Below, in pieces: positions 16,970 through 27,127 of a stretch of 57,746 nt of DNA (positions within the stretch are counted from its first letter, which is position 1; each line of letters starts with the position of its first letter). Origin of the DNA: a virus (taxonomy: Duplodnaviria > Caudoviricetes); the IMG/VR virus record IMGVR_UViG_3300014502_000007, positions 1-57,746 of that record. One strand, given 5' to 3'. The position numbers and the translations under genes are program-made. A model generated the notes under the pieces. It was given only the letters and a program-made list of their open reading frames with translations. It was not told where the DNA came from and searched no databases.

Positions 16970-17338
16970 CTAGTTCTCCTTATAAATTTGGACCGGTATT
17001 CCGGCCTTCTCAGCGAGTTTTATACAGTTGGCTGTGCCTTTGGATCCATTACGAAGGAAGGCAAGACAGATATCAGCACCCGAGTTCACCATACGCTGGT
17101 TACGTTGATGGCCAGCACTCTTACCCTCTTTCTCCCAATGAGCTTTATGCGGCTCGATGGTGAAACCAAGAGTCTCGCCAAACATCTCAGCGAAGGTGTC
17201 AACACCACGGGCTCTACCGACAATCAAGATGGTATCTTTTGGAGACCCAGCCTCCTGCCAAGTGGAGATTATGGCATCGCTAATTATTTCAACGTTCTCC
17301 CAAACCCTTGACCCTGTGATTAGGATTCTATAGGTCAT
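16970..17338 (-). CDS. SLOG-superfamily (DUF2493/YspA-like) protein
   Basis: ILITGSR, GRARGVD, AGHQRNQRMV and SKGTANCI motifs. Confidence 0.85.
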   Translation of the reverse strand: MTYRILITGSRVWENVEIISDAIISTWQEAGSPKDTILIVGRARGVDTFAEMFGETLGFTIEPHKAHWEKEGKSAGHQRNQRMVNSGADICLAFLRNGSKGTANCIKLAEKAGIPVQIYKEN

Positions 17339-17690
17339 TAGCCTTTAGTTTCCTCGATTCGTTCAGCCTCTGCAAGGATGGCAACTCAACGGATTCGCCT
17401 CGCCATTGAGCACGATGACTTACCGCTTCGTTAAAACTCTTGAGGCAGTCGATCATGTATTTTGCAAGGATGAAGTCAGGCGTTCCAGACACGTTCTCTG
17501 CACAATAACCATTGAGAAGAACTGATAACGCCCTCTCAATAGCACCATCAGAGTCATCACGGTCTTTTACAGAGAATCCTACAACCATCCCTCTACTGAT
17601 CTTCTCAATCATATCAGGATCGGTGATCTCCATCTCGATTGGTGACAAGGTACCACTGCCATCCAAATCAGCCATTCCTTTGATCTTCAT
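17328..17690 (-). CDS. Hypothetical protein
   Basis: ENVSGTPDFILAKY motif; AAGGAG RBS. Confidence 0.75.
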   Translation of the reverse strand: MKIKGMADLDGSGTLSPIEMEITDPDMIEKISRGMVVGFSVKDRDDSDGAIERALSVLLNGYCAENVSGTPDFILAKYMIDCLKSFNEAVSHRAQWRGESVELPSLQRLNESRKLKANDL

Positions 17691-17831
17691 ACATCGCTCC
17701 TTCAGACTTCCGACGGCTCTTCATCTTCCTACGAATCTCCGTAGGACAAGACTCTTCCTGATTTGGATCGGCAATCGCGGCAATCAATCTACCAGTAAGC
17801 CGAGCTCCGCAAGTTGGACAGTACTCCACGT

Positions 17832-18095
17832 CTACTCCTTCTGCTTGGCTGGAATAAGATTGGGCCGAATCGTGATACTGTCAGCAAAGCCTAGCATAAG
17901 ATTATCCTTGATCTCTTTTGCGACTGTTGTACTGCCAAAAGTAGCCGTGATGGTGTTGTCAGTAATTATAGCCGTCCCAATGACAAAACCTTCGAACTTG
18001 ACAGGAACGGTTATACTGTTCTCCTCGTCGTGGCACCGGCAACCAAGCCCACCACACCTGATCCCCACGTGTGTCCGATATGCACAATCGCACAT
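17832..18095 (-). CDS. Hypothetical protein
   Basis: GAGGAG RBS; Cys-rich N-terminus. Confidence 0.7.
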   Translation of the reverse strand: MCDCAYRTHVGIRCGGLGCRCHDEENSITVPVKFEGFVIGTAIITDNTITATFGSTTVAKEIKDNLMLGFADSITIRPNLIPAKQKE

Positions 18096-18109
18096 GTCTT
18101 CTCCTCACC

Positions 18110-18613
18110 TTAATCGGCTTGGTCTGGAACGCAGACGTTATCAAACTTCTTGTAGGCATCCAAATACGTCTCGCCAATCTCACCATTATAGGTGATTTCG
18201 TAGTACATTCCGTCTGGAAGGTTGGTGCTAATCAGTGCCTTCCAGTTCTGGAGCGTCTTAGAGAACCAGACAACATAGACATCCTCGATTAGTAGGATCA
18301 CTTTGTCAGTCTTCTCGAGACGCTCGTTAACGTAATCCGTTACGATGATTCTTGCTTTTAGTTGCATGTCCATTTTTTCTCCCTTATCCTGCTCCGAGTC
18401 AAATATGGCTACTATCTGTTTAGCAGTATTGCTGACAGCCGCATAGACATGCATGATCTTGACATGACTTTTGTTTAGAAGTTTCCCACCTGCCCTAATC
18501 TGCATTATGGCCTCGACAAGTGCCCGTTCCTTATCAGGACCACAATCATACTCAACAACAATTACGAGACGGTTACGCTCATTCATTCTAGTCGGCCTAG
18601 GCGCTCTAGTCAT
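18110..18613 (-). CDS. Protein with a C-terminal DUF6275-like domain
   Basis: VYVVWFSKTLQNWKALIST and YYEITYNG..GETYLDAYKK motifs. Confidence 0.8.
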   Translation of the reverse strand: MTRAPRPTRMNERNRLVIVVEYDCGPDKERALVEAIMQIRAGGKLLNKSHVKIMHVYAAVSNTAKQIVAIFDSEQDKGEKMDMQLKARIIVTDYVNERLEKTDKVILLIEDVYVVWFSKTLQNWKALISTNLPDGMYYEITYNGEIGETYLDAYKKFDNVCVPDQAD

Positions 18614-18948
18614 TCAGGCATTATCTGAACATACATTGGGGTGAAACTACCAGGCTCAGTAGGTGTTGGATCCTCGGCCATAGTGTAGAACCGACCAGTT
18701 TGGCCAAGCCAACCTACTTGACTGAAGACAATATGTTTCTCGAAATCTTTTTCTTCTGGGTTGATGAGTAGATCTGAGGGACTAATCCACCTCACTTTCG
18801 GCTCCTCTCTTTCAAATATGGTGTTAAGCCAATTGGCATCTGGTTGATGACACAACATGCATATTCGAGCAGAGTTACTAGTTCCGGCTGGACTCACCCA
18901 AGCCCAGTAATGCTCACACTTTTCTGCCTCCGCGCAATTTTCAGTCAT
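18610..18948 (-). CDS. Hypothetical protein (start MTENC)
   Basis: ATGA overlap with the upstream 55-aa ORF. Confidence 0.7.
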   Translation of the reverse strand: MTENCAEAEKCEHYWAWVSPAGTSNSARICMLCHQPDANWLNTIFEREEPKVRWISPSDLLINPEEKDFEKHIVFSQVGWLGQTGRFYTMAEDPTPTEPGSFTPMYVQIMPE

Positions 18949-19112
18949 GTGGTCCACGTTTTTCCACAGTGAGTGCACAAAAATATTTTATGCATTCCAG
19001 TGTCGCTCATTGTGAAGGCAATCCACGTTACGGCCGGCTTTGCTGCTCCAGATAATCCTCGATCATGATGGAAGCAGTCACGTTGCTTTCTCCACTTAGT
19101 TATCAGTATCAT
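18945..19112 (-). CDS. 55-aa Cys/His protein (not in ORF track)
   Basis: MILITKWRKQRDCFHHD...CTHCGKTWTT; ATGA overlaps at both ends. Confidence 0.65.
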   Translation of the reverse strand: MILITKWRKQRDCFHHDRGLSGAAKPAVTWIAFTMSDTGMHKIFLCTHCGKTWTT

Positions 19113-19327
19113 TCAAGATCCAAAGCAATTCGATCGAATTCAAATTCTTCTAGGATCTTCATAAGTTCATCATGATCTGTAATAGCCCCAATGAGTCTTT
19201 CGACATGCTTATCTCTAGCGTGTCCTACGATATAAAGACTCTCATTGAAAGTTTTTCTTTCTTTCACAATCACGCAAATCCAAAACAGAGAGGTTCCAAA
19301 TATGGTAAGAACAACACGACGATTCAT
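19109..19327 (-). CDS. Small membrane protein
   Basis: AAGGAGAG RBS; N-terminal TM segment. Confidence 0.75.
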   Translation of the reverse strand: MNRRVVLTIFGTSLFWICVIVKERKTFNESLYIVGHARDKHVERLIGAITDHDELMKILEEFEFDRIALDLE

Positions 19328-19338
19328 AATTACTCTCC

Positions 19339-22300
19339 TTATTCACAGTTAGAGTCAACAAACGACTCGTAGTCACCGAATTTATTGATTGTCTTGATTG
19401 CCTCATTGGTGAGGTTCTCAAAATAGGCCATGTCGATCTCAAGGTCGTCTCCAAGTTGTTTGGCCATATCAGCCTCGATCCAGAAGAACCCCTTCGTGCC
19501 AGAGACAGCATAACTCTTATCATCTTTTATTCGCATAAGAAGTGCTCCACCTGACTCTGGAGTCACAGGGATGAATCGTCCCGTACGACCGACAAAATGC
19601 TTAGACTCAGTCTCATCAAATATAAGGTACATTGCACCCTGAGTCACCTGCTTAGTCTCACACATGTCATCAAATTTGACATCTTGGATGTCAAACAAGG
19701 TCTTGAACACATATGGGTGCTGGAACTGAGCGCCTACAGCTACCCAAGATTTAGTATTCGGATTCTCTGGCTCATCTACCCTGGCAATATAGACCGCGTC
19801 GTTAACCAGGCAGAACTTAGTGTAGGTTGCCTCGTGCTCGAAATCGTAACCATATTTTGAACCGAACTGAGTAACCTTTTCGATAATATCCTGTGTTGCA
19901 TTCGGGATCTTGATCGAGTCTGTCTTGATATGTGCAACCGTGAAACCAAGACTCTGCACATACTCCTTCAGATCAATCATGAATAGAGCACCACGCTTCG
20001 CCACGATATTGTCGACGTTGCGTATGTCTCGGAAAGGGTTGTCAAACTTGGCTGACGTCAGACCATAGACGATATTGATCACAATCTTAAGCGCATATGA
20101 AAGCGCCTTTGCATCCTTCTCGTCTTTCAAATATGGTTTGAGTTTGCCGCCAAGCATCTTTCTGGCCGAGTCGTAGTCCTCATGCTTGATCGCAATACGC
20201 GCATCCTTGAGTGCCGAGAAGTTCGGCGTATATTCACCAAACAAGTTCAACTGCTCGATGGTGGTTGGGTGCATTGATGCAATATCTAACAGAGCGACAT
20301 TCTCATACATCCCAGGCTCAGCAGAGACATAACCGCCTTCCCCAGTCTCTTCACCTTTATAAAAGCTCTTGCCTAACGCAAAATTATAACCAGGGAACTC
20401 TTTGCTGAGATCGGTATATTTGAAACTCTTCTGAGGATACTTATCATTACCAAATATGATCTTCGCAGTATGCCTTTGCGTCGTGTCATTGACTGTGAGA
20501 CCACTCAAATCAGCAAGAATCTGCCGGGCAATAAAGTCCTGCTCACGATCGTCGAGAACAGCCTCAGTAGCAATTACGTCATTGACGCAATACTCAACAA
20601 CCCGCTCAACATCCTCCTCGGCGACAGGTTCATCCCAAGGCAAATCCAACTCCATGTGGTGAAGCCCTAAGTCAATCTCAAACTTCTTCAAACCCTGCTT
20701 CTTCGAACTGAAATCATAAATGTCGGTATATGAGATGTTGTAAGCCTCACCGAACATACCATTACGCTCGTTTGCGATGATCTTCTGGGAAAGAATGTAG
20801 AGTTGCTCATTGTTGTAACCCATGTAGCGAGCATAGAGAATATGGTTGTCATACCGACGATTGTTAAAACCAACCAATTTTAACGAGAACAGACCCTCAA
20901 CCTCTTGCGCGTTTGGGTTAATCATACGAACTACATTGTCATCACCCCGATACTTCCAGCATACGACAAAGAGATTCGGGTAGACCTCAATATCGAATAG
21001 GACTATACGACTGTCCTTAGCCTTCTCCAAGAATGGATCAGCATCCTCTTTCCCCTGAAACTGCATCTTCTGAACGATCTTCAATGCCTGTAAAGGCTGG
21101 TTGCTGCTATTATTGGCGAATGCGACAATTTTAGATCGCAAGTCAGTAACATCATATGCAAGGCCATCATTATATGCATCATCAAGAATCTTTTGGATGA
21201 AGTCGATTGAGGGTTTTGTCCCTGGATGAATCTCTTTACGCAAATTTCTGGCGATCAGGTCACGGAGACCCTTCTCGCTCTGGATAGTACTCGAATGGAG
21301 CATCTTCTTCTCCTTAAACGGAAGCCCACTGTTTATGGACGCCACAGGGACATTATTACACTTCGTGAGCTTCCTGCGCAATGCGCTTTTGCCCGTATAG
21401 ACCTTCACCTCAATGCCTGTTGAGTACTCACTCGCAAGTTCAGAGACATCGCCATCATAAATATAGTGGAGATGAACGCCTGACTCGCCTTTGCTAATCT
21501 CAGCATAAGTCGCTGGCCATACACTAGCCGCCGCTAGGTTCATCTCTAGAGACTTCTCTCCGCTTTCATCCTTCAAGTCGAAGTCAATCACGATATGGTT
21601 CTCAGGGATTCGAACATAATGAGTCTTTGTCGTGTCGATCTCAGACAGTGTCGTCTTGACCGATGACCACCTTTTTAGCGGCGTCCCATCATCATTGGCA
21701 TATTGTGCCGGATAGTCTCCATACTCTTTGTCAAATATGGACCTTGTCTCGTCCATTACCAGTAAAAAATACTGGTCATCCTTTGATGGCGTTTTAAATT
21801 TGTTAGCATTGAATCCTAAATAATAACTTCGTACTGTTACCCCATCGATTACAATACGATCTTTAAATTCATCGAAATAGTTTTGTAACTCATCTCGAAT
21901 TTTGTATTGAGGAAGTTGTCGCTCAATCCCAGTTTCATTGCAATACTCTTTGTACATAGAATATGCTTGTTTTAGGGATATGCCATTCTGCGACTTAAAT
22001 ACATCATAATAAGACTCGATGAAGTTGAAGAAAATGTTTGTTGAGAACATCATATCGAGTGGTCTATACGAGTTGTAATGGTTCTTTCCCATTTTAAGAT
22101 AGACATCAAGACAGTGTTGAGCAATAGCGCCCAACTCAAAATCTATCTGAGTCATTAGTGATTGATAGTGATTAGCCGGAAAACGAACACCAGTTGGATG
22201 CACATCAATTAAACGTCGTATAATCCCAGATTTGGCATCAGATATCTTTACCGGCTGATTGGTTCCCATAAACAAGAACGCATTTATCTTTGCGGTATAA

Positions 22301-23082
22301 CTTGGCCGAAATTTTTCATTTATAGTCATAGGTTCATGGGCAATAATACTGTTTAGTCTAGTATTGTCCTCTATTTTTGAGAGATCTCCGTCATGTTGAA
22401 TAGCTACAAGCGGATTATCTCGGAAAGACTCAGTGGAAAAAGTCCCATTATTTGACCCTAAAGCTTTAGCCTCAAACGAAGCAACATAACCGTCAAACAG
22501 TTTGGCTATGATGTTCAAAATGGTTGACTTACCGCTACCAGCGGGACCGTATAATACAAGAAATTTTTGGATCTTTCTCGAGTCTCCTGAGACAACGGCT
22601 CCGATAGCCCATTCGATCTTAGCTCTTTCCTCTGGCGAGTAAAGAATTCCAATAAGTTCATCCCAAGCAGGATAATCGCCAGGGGCAAGAGTATAAAGAA
22701 GACTGCGAGAAACATAATCAGATTTTTTAGGTTTATCATTAGCAAAAGTAAGTTTTTCATCTAATTGATTATAACTATTGCTAATGTTTTGCATATATTT
22801 TCGAAACTCTTTCCAACCCTGATTGCCGAAGGATTGAAGATATTTCACATTACACGATACTCCAGAAGAAGACTTCATTTCTTCTGCATACTGACGAAGT
22901 TCTTCATCTACCAAACGTTGTACATCATATTCGTCAGTTGACCAACGCCCTCGTTCTTCATCCCAACATGCATAAAAGGATTTTGCTCTGACCATCAAGT
23001 CTTTTGAGCGGGCGACAACAAAGTCTGGGTATATCTCGAGTTTACCCTTGCCTTCCTTGGTGGCAATCTTATAGAAATCCAT
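19339..23082 (-). CDS. Helicase-primase-exonuclease-DNA polymerase fusion (replicase)
   Basis: SF3-like GPAGSGKST; primase-like VIDFD and SKGESGVHLHY; exonuclease FDIEVYPN; PolB DIASMHP, KIVINIVYG, KTDS. Confidence 0.9.
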   Translation of the reverse strand: MDFYKIATKEGKGKLEIYPDFVVARSKDLMVRAKSFYACWDEERGRWSTDEYDVQRLVDEELRQYAEEMKSSSGVSCNVKYLQSFGNQGWKEFRKYMQNISNSYNQLDEKLTFANDKPKKSDYVSRSLLYTLAPGDYPAWDELIGILYSPEERAKIEWAIGAVVSGDSRKIQKFLVLYGPAGSGKSTILNIIAKLFDGYVASFEAKALGSNNGTFSTESFRDNPLVAIQHDGDLSKIEDNTRLNSIIAHEPMTINEKFRPSYTAKINAFLFMGTNQPVKISDAKSGIIRRLIDVHPTGVRFPANHYQSLMTQIDFELGAIAQHCLDVYLKMGKNHYNSYRPLDMMFSTNIFFNFIESYYDVFKSQNGISLKQAYSMYKEYCNETGIERQLPQYKIRDELQNYFDEFKDRIVIDGVTVRSYYLGFNANKFKTPSKDDQYFLLVMDETRSIFDKEYGDYPAQYANDDGTPLKRWSSVKTTLSEIDTTKTHYVRIPENHIVIDFDLKDESGEKSLEMNLAAASVWPATYAEISKGESGVHLHYIYDGDVSELASEYSTGIEVKVYTGKSALRRKLTKCNNVPVASINSGLPFKEKKMLHSSTIQSEKGLRDLIARNLRKEIHPGTKPSIDFIQKILDDAYNDGLAYDVTDLRSKIVAFANNSSNQPLQALKIVQKMQFQGKEDADPFLEKAKDSRIVLFDIEVYPNLFVVCWKYRGDDNVVRMINPNAQEVEGLFSLKLVGFNNRRYDNHILYARYMGYNNEQLYILSQKIIANERNGMFGEAYNISYTDIYDFSSKKQGLKKFEIDLGLHHMELDLPWDEPVAEEDVERVVEYCVNDVIATEAVLDDREQDFIARQILADLSGLTVNDTTQRHTAKIIFGNDKYPQKSFKYTDLSKEFPGYNFALGKSFYKGEETGEGGYVSAEPGMYENVALLDIASMHPTTIEQLNLFGEYTPNFSALKDARIAIKHEDYDSARKMLGGKLKPYLKDEKDAKALSYALKIVINIVYGLTSAKFDNPFRDIRNVDNIVAKRGALFMIDLKEYVQSLGFTVAHIKTDSIKIPNATQDIIEKVTQFGSKYGYDFEHEATYTKFCLVNDAVYIARVDEPENPNTKSWVAVGAQFQHPYVFKTLFDIQDVKFDDMCETKQVTQGAMYLIFDETESKHFVGRTGRFIPVTPESGGALLMRIKDDKSYAVSGTKGFFWIEADMAKQLGDDLEIDMAYFENLTNEAIKTINKFGDYESFVDSNCE

Positions 23083-23141
23083 GCATATCCCCCTCTCTTA
23101 GACTAAATTATATTAAGTTAGGCAAGGGTTTCAGTCTTTTC

Positions 23142-23675
23142 TCATATCTCCTCTCGTTCTATAAGGTAACTACACATCTGATACCAGATCTCGACGTCAC
23201 GCTGGTCTTTTTTCGGCCACTGTAATGGGAATAACCCCCCGGAGCCATCCGGCGCATAAGTTCTCCAAATTACCCTGTTTAATATCTCCTCAACTTCGTC
23301 TCTCGGGATGTTAACTCTGTCGTTATAAATTTCTAGTCCCAAATTATCCATGAGATGCCAAAACCAACCACGGGCCCTTTTATCAGTCTCAAAAGAAAGC
23401 CTTCGTGACAGGCTGATCAACATCTCAAGCATGGAACAGCCAAGATTTATCCATTCAAGATCGACGTCTTCAAGTCGTTCGGCGTCGATGAACTCGTACC
23501 TTAGATCTTTACCATCCTCAACTCGATTGTCATCATTAGCGACAATCCAGACAAACTCCTTGTTATAGAGTATCTTTAGAAGAGACCAGAAGGTCCGTGA
23601 CGGGTTCTTAAGCTTTACGGAAGCAACTTGACTGTAGAGCCATGTAAGATATAGCTCGTCCAGTTCGCTGTTCAC
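23142..23675 (-). CDS. Conserved phage hypothetical protein
   Basis: NDDNRVEDGKDLR and GGLFPL motifs; GAGG RBS. Confidence 0.85.
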   Translation of the reverse strand: MNSELDELYLTWLYSQVASVKLKNPSRTFWSLLKILYNKEFVWIVANDDNRVEDGKDLRYEFIDAERLEDVDLEWINLGCSMLEMLISLSRRLSFETDKRARGWFWHLMDNLGLEIYNDRVNIPRDEVEEILNRVIWRTYAPDGSGGLFPLQWPKKDQRDVEIWYQMCSYLIEREEI

Positions 23676-24427
23676 TCATTTCCACCTCGAAACTTACGAA
23701 TTTTACGCTGATCGGAATGCTGAACAAAACCGAGAACCTCCTCAACATACTTATTCTGACTCTGCACCACTTCGAAGTCGAGTTCCAGTCGGTCATTTCG
23801 AATATAGACGATCTTGGGATCTTTTGACCCATGACCAAACTGTTTGAGATTCTCAACCCCAACCGTCTCCTCGATATCCTCAATGACTTGATCCCGCTCA
23901 TCAGACAGAACGTCATCACCCTCGAAGAATGTAATTGTGACCTGCTGATATCCGGGTTCAGACTCCATGAACTCATCGTGAGAGATCACATACGGGGCAT
24001 ACTCGGTTCGGTTCTTAATCTCCTCCGGATAGTCAAATTCTGCTAGTGGATCCCCATCACCATCATCTTTGAATATGTTTACCTCGCCCGTCACCTCGAT
24101 CGGGCCTTTGCTCGGATCCACTTCAGCATCGATTGACACAGCCTCAATGGTAAGATCTTCGACAACTCGAGGCTTCCCTTGATAGTCTAAAACAGCCTTA
24201 ACAGCATTCAGACCAAGACTCTCAACAGCAGACTCCGGAGTGTCGTACTCGTCCCTCTTATGGAGGGCGTTATAGAACTGCTTGGCCTCGGCGATCTCTT
24301 TGTTTGAGATCTCAAGATACTGGTTCTCCAACTTCTTCTTTGCAAAGAAATAACCCGAGACAGCGCCAAGACCGAGCGAGATAATTACAGTCCCGCCAAG
24401 GATCATATAAGATTGCTTTACATTCAT
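23672..24427 (-). CDS. Membrane-anchored acidic phage protein
   Basis: N-terminal TM segment; PYVISHDEF and VYIRNDRL motifs. Confidence 0.85.
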   Translation of the reverse strand: MNVKQSYMILGGTVIISLGLGAVSGYFFAKKKLENQYLEISNKEIAEAKQFYNALHKRDEYDTPESAVESLGLNAVKAVLDYQGKPRVVEDLTIEAVSIDAEVDPSKGPIEVTGEVNIFKDDGDGDPLAEFDYPEEIKNRTEYAPYVISHDEFMESEPGYQQVTITFFEGDDVLSDERDQVIEDIEETVGVENLKQFGHGSKDPKIVYIRNDRLELDFEVVQSQNKYVEEVLGFVQHSDQRKIRKFRGGNE

Positions 24428-25341
24428 TATACGTCCCTTCCAACCTTCTCGTAGACGACGCCGTCGACATTGAAGTCGAGCAGGATGGCACCCTCTTGGC
24501 CACTAACGAAATCGTAGAAACGGTCCATACGTTGACCATCAAATATGCCGAAGTCAACCGTGTCATCGCCCTCGCCCTTCACCCAGCCAACTACACAACC
24601 TTCCGGTGACCGATCAAGACCAAGCGCATCATATACATCATTCAGAAGAACGTGACCTCGGGCCTGAAGTCTTTCGTTCGCATAATTCTGCTGAGAACGG
24701 AGAAACAACAGGTTGTATTCAGGCTGAGGGGACCATGACGTTGAGCGATTGTCAAAGAACCGAGCATAAATTGACGCACCGTCAGATCCAACTCGCTTGG
24801 TTTCGACCGTCTTCGACTTACCATTCTCGTCGATCTTAGTCTCGACTACTGTCTCCGAGCCATAGCGAAACTCTCGATCCTTATCCACGCCAAGTTCATC
24901 GCGGACACGACCACGATACTCAGTAAAACCCTTCTCGATAACCGCATAAGCAGCGGTCAGACCAAGATTGCGCCTTGTTAGGATAACATGAGAACCGGTC
25001 AGGCAACCGATTGACACAATCCCAACCACGACTGCCGGAGCATAAAGTTTTGCTACGGTCGTGACAGCACGAACACGGAGGATTACCTTATCCTGCGCAT
25101 AGTCCTTGTCGTTATAACTCGCAACATTCCTATCGTGGAGAGACTCTGCTTTTTCCATATTGTCCTGGATTTCCTGGATTGTCATGTCCAGGTTTAGAGT
25201 TGCCCGAGATGCAAGAACCACGGTGGCGACAACGCCGACCACACCAGCGGCGAATAGGATCGTCGGTGAGTGTTTCTGACCGATGAGTACCTGACGAGCA
25301 ACCTTCGATGTGATTACGTTCTTAAGCGAACTGATGTTCAT
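24427..25341 (-). CDS. DUF6353-like protein
   Basis: KHSPTIL, LTAAY, LLNDVYDALG, VVGW and ILLDFNVDG motifs. Confidence 0.8.
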   Translation of the reverse strand: MNISSLKNVITSKVARQVLIGQKHSPTILFAAGVVGVVATVVLASRATLNLDMTIQEIQDNMEKAESLHDRNVASYNDKDYAQDKVILRVRAVTTVAKLYAPAVVVGIVSIGCLTGSHVILTRRNLGLTAAYAVIEKGFTEYRGRVRDELGVDKDREFRYGSETVVETKIDENGKSKTVETKRVGSDGASIYARFFDNRSTSWSPQPEYNLLFLRSQQNYANERLQARGHVLLNDVYDALGLDRSPEGCVVGWVKGEGDDTVDFGIFDGQRMDRFYDFVSGQEGAILLDFNVDGVVYEKVGRDV

Positions 25342-25399
25342 TTCTTCTCCTTGTCGAGCAAGTATTGAGATGCAAGATATAGCGGACTTGGCGTGTATT

Positions 25400-25669
25400 C
25401 TATACCTTTTTCTTCTTATCTTTCTTGATCTTCAGTTCCGATGCAAATGCACCATAAGGACTATACCTATTACGAGCAGGACTAGGTTTCCATGGCTCAT
25501 CACCATACATCTTTTTGAAAAGCCATTTCGAACCATTATCCATTAACACTTCGTGGATCTCTGGATTACGATCAATCGCCTGGACTAACAACAATCCAAC
25601 AACGAAGGAACCAACAGACCCAACGAAAACGCCACCTGCAAAAGGAATAACAATCTTGAAAACCTTCAT
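25400..25669 (-). CDS. Membrane protein
   Basis: AAGGAG RBS; Gly-rich TM segment. Confidence 0.75.
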   Translation of the reverse strand: MKVFKIVIPFAGGVFVGSVGSFVVGLLLVQAIDRNPEIHEVLMDNGSKWLFKKMYGDEPWKPSPARNRYSPYGAFASELKIKKDKKKKV

Positions 25670-25695
25670 TTTATCTCCTTTATAATTTGTTTTTC

Positions 25696-26352
25696 TTAAT
25701 CTAGTAGTTCGGGCTTTGGCAGATCTAGCAGATATCCGTCACGAACTCGAGCGACGTTTGCGCCACGAAGACCGCCATCACTAGTCCAACCATATTTGTT
25801 ATCGGTGTAACTGGCATCTATTCCAACCAACTCATAGAGTTCGGAGACCGTCGCCGACTCAAACTCAGATACTAGATTGAAAAGTCGATCTAGAACCTCA
25901 TCAGCTTCGACCCGAGTTGGCAAAATGATCTCGTCAAAGTCATGCGCGGCTCTTGCCCTTCGACTCATACCGCTTCGCCGCTCATCTGGATAGTCTCGAT
26001 CCCTTGGCGTATTCTGAGAATATCGATTGCCATAGTTGGTGTAGACATTCGACATACTCGGACGACGCCCAGTTCTCCTACTGCTGGACCGAGCTTCTCC
26101 AAATATCATTCGCTCAATACCCTGACTGACGGCATCTGCGATTGCATCTTTGGCTGCTGGGATAAGAACGTCCATTGTCACATAATTAAGGACACCCTTT
26201 ACAGGTTGACCACCGGTGAACATCTCAACAAATCGCTTTCCCATTGGCTTCTTGCGCCGAACAACTTCTCCGGAAATAACCTTCTCGATCTTCTTTGGCT
26301 CTGGCTTCTCAACTTTGTGCTTGTTACTGTTACTGGGGAATTCGCTTTCCAT
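25696..26352 (-). CDS. Conserved phage hypothetical protein
   Basis: DVLIPAAKD, TVSELYELVG, DNKYGW and GYLLDLP motifs. Confidence 0.85.
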   Translation of the reverse strand: MESEFPSNSNKHKVEKPEPKKIEKVISGEVVRRKKPMGKRFVEMFTGGQPVKGVLNYVTMDVLIPAAKDAIADAVSQGIERMIFGEARSSSRRTGRRPSMSNVYTNYGNRYSQNTPRDRDYPDERRSGMSRRARAAHDFDEIILPTRVEADEVLDRLFNLVSEFESATVSELYELVGIDASYTDNKYGWTSDGGLRGANVARVRDGYLLDLPKPELLD

Positions 26353-26367
26353 TACGTCCTCAATCCT

Positions 26368-26646
26368 TTAGAATCTATCTACAGTAAAGACTTCGGCCAA
26401 TTCACCATCTGGAGAATAGACTCTTATGACTGGCATGGTGTGTGATATGTTGTTTTCTGCAAAACGCAAAGCAGCATTTATCTTCGGGAAATGAATCGGC
26501 AATTGCTCACCGTATATAGTTGGCCATACCATGGATTTGATCCGGACAAAGTAATGACCTTGGTCGTTCTCGAATATTTTAGGACTTGGCACAGGAAAAT
26601 TCTTCATGATTCCTCGCTGCTTATAACTATTACCTGGATAGTCCAT
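26368..26646 (-). CDS. Hypothetical protein (start MDYPGNS)
   Basis: GAGGA RBS; N-terminus resembles that of the next gene (EFPSNS). Confidence 0.7.
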   Translation of the reverse strand: MDYPGNSYKQRGIMKNFPVPSPKIFENDQGHYFVRIKSMVWPTIYGEQLPIHFPKINAALRFAENNISHTMPVIRVYSPDGELAEVFTVDRF

Positions 26647-26666
26647 AATTTCCTCTAGACAAAGAG

Positions 26667-26700
26667 AAAACAAGATACCGTGGTTCTGGTATCCTGCTTT
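26667..26700 (-). terminator. Intrinsic terminator closing a cassette
   Basis: AAAGCAGGATACC-loop-GGTATCTTGTTTT. Confidence 0.7.
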
Positions 26701-26724
26701 GAGTTGTTATGCAAGTAGTTTCTT

Positions 26725-26955
26725 CTAGACTGTGGTTTGGTACCAAACCATCACACTGTCGATCGATCGGTCTACGTACTGCTCTGCAAGATCGGATACT
26801 AACATTCCAAGGACAACGCTGCCAACCCAAACTTCAGTTTTTTGGAACTTGTCTTGGGGGCTGACGTTGTTGGAAATGACGTTGCTGATCACGAATACAG
26901 TACTAAGTCCAACGACGACTTTTGCGACGAATTTGGTTACTTTAATTTTGGTCAT
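26725..26955 (-). CDS. 76-aa membrane protein (cassette gene)
   Basis: Leader GAGACCCCTATGAAAGGAATTATC-ATG; two hydrophobic segments. Confidence 0.8.
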   Translation of the reverse strand: MTKIKVTKFVAKVVVGLSTVFVISNVISNNVSPQDKFQKTEVWVGSVVLGMLVSDLAEQYVDRSIDSVMVWYQTTV

Positions 26956-26979
26956 GATAATTCCTTTCATAGGGGTCTC

Positions 26980-27004
26980 ATTATAGGGCATGTTCTTCTT
27001 GCGA
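26980..27004 (-). promoter_or_regulatory. Phage promoter motif TCGC-N15-TATAAT
   Basis: TCGCAAGAAGAACATGCCCTATAAT. Confidence 0.85.
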
Positions 27005-27025
27005 GGTGGGCACATGTTTCTCCTT

Positions 27026-27112
27026 GGGGAGGGGAATGCTCGGCTGTCGTTTATAAGTCAGCATCCGGAATAGGGCGAGACCCTAAGAAAGGACCCTTGC
27101 CGACTCCCACCT
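27026..27112 (-). ncRNA. Candidate structured RNA
   Basis: Intergenic; stems GGGAG/CTCCC, GTCGGC/GCTGAC, TAGGG/CCCTA. Confidence 0.4.
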
Positions 27113-27127
27113 TTGCAAATATGGAGG

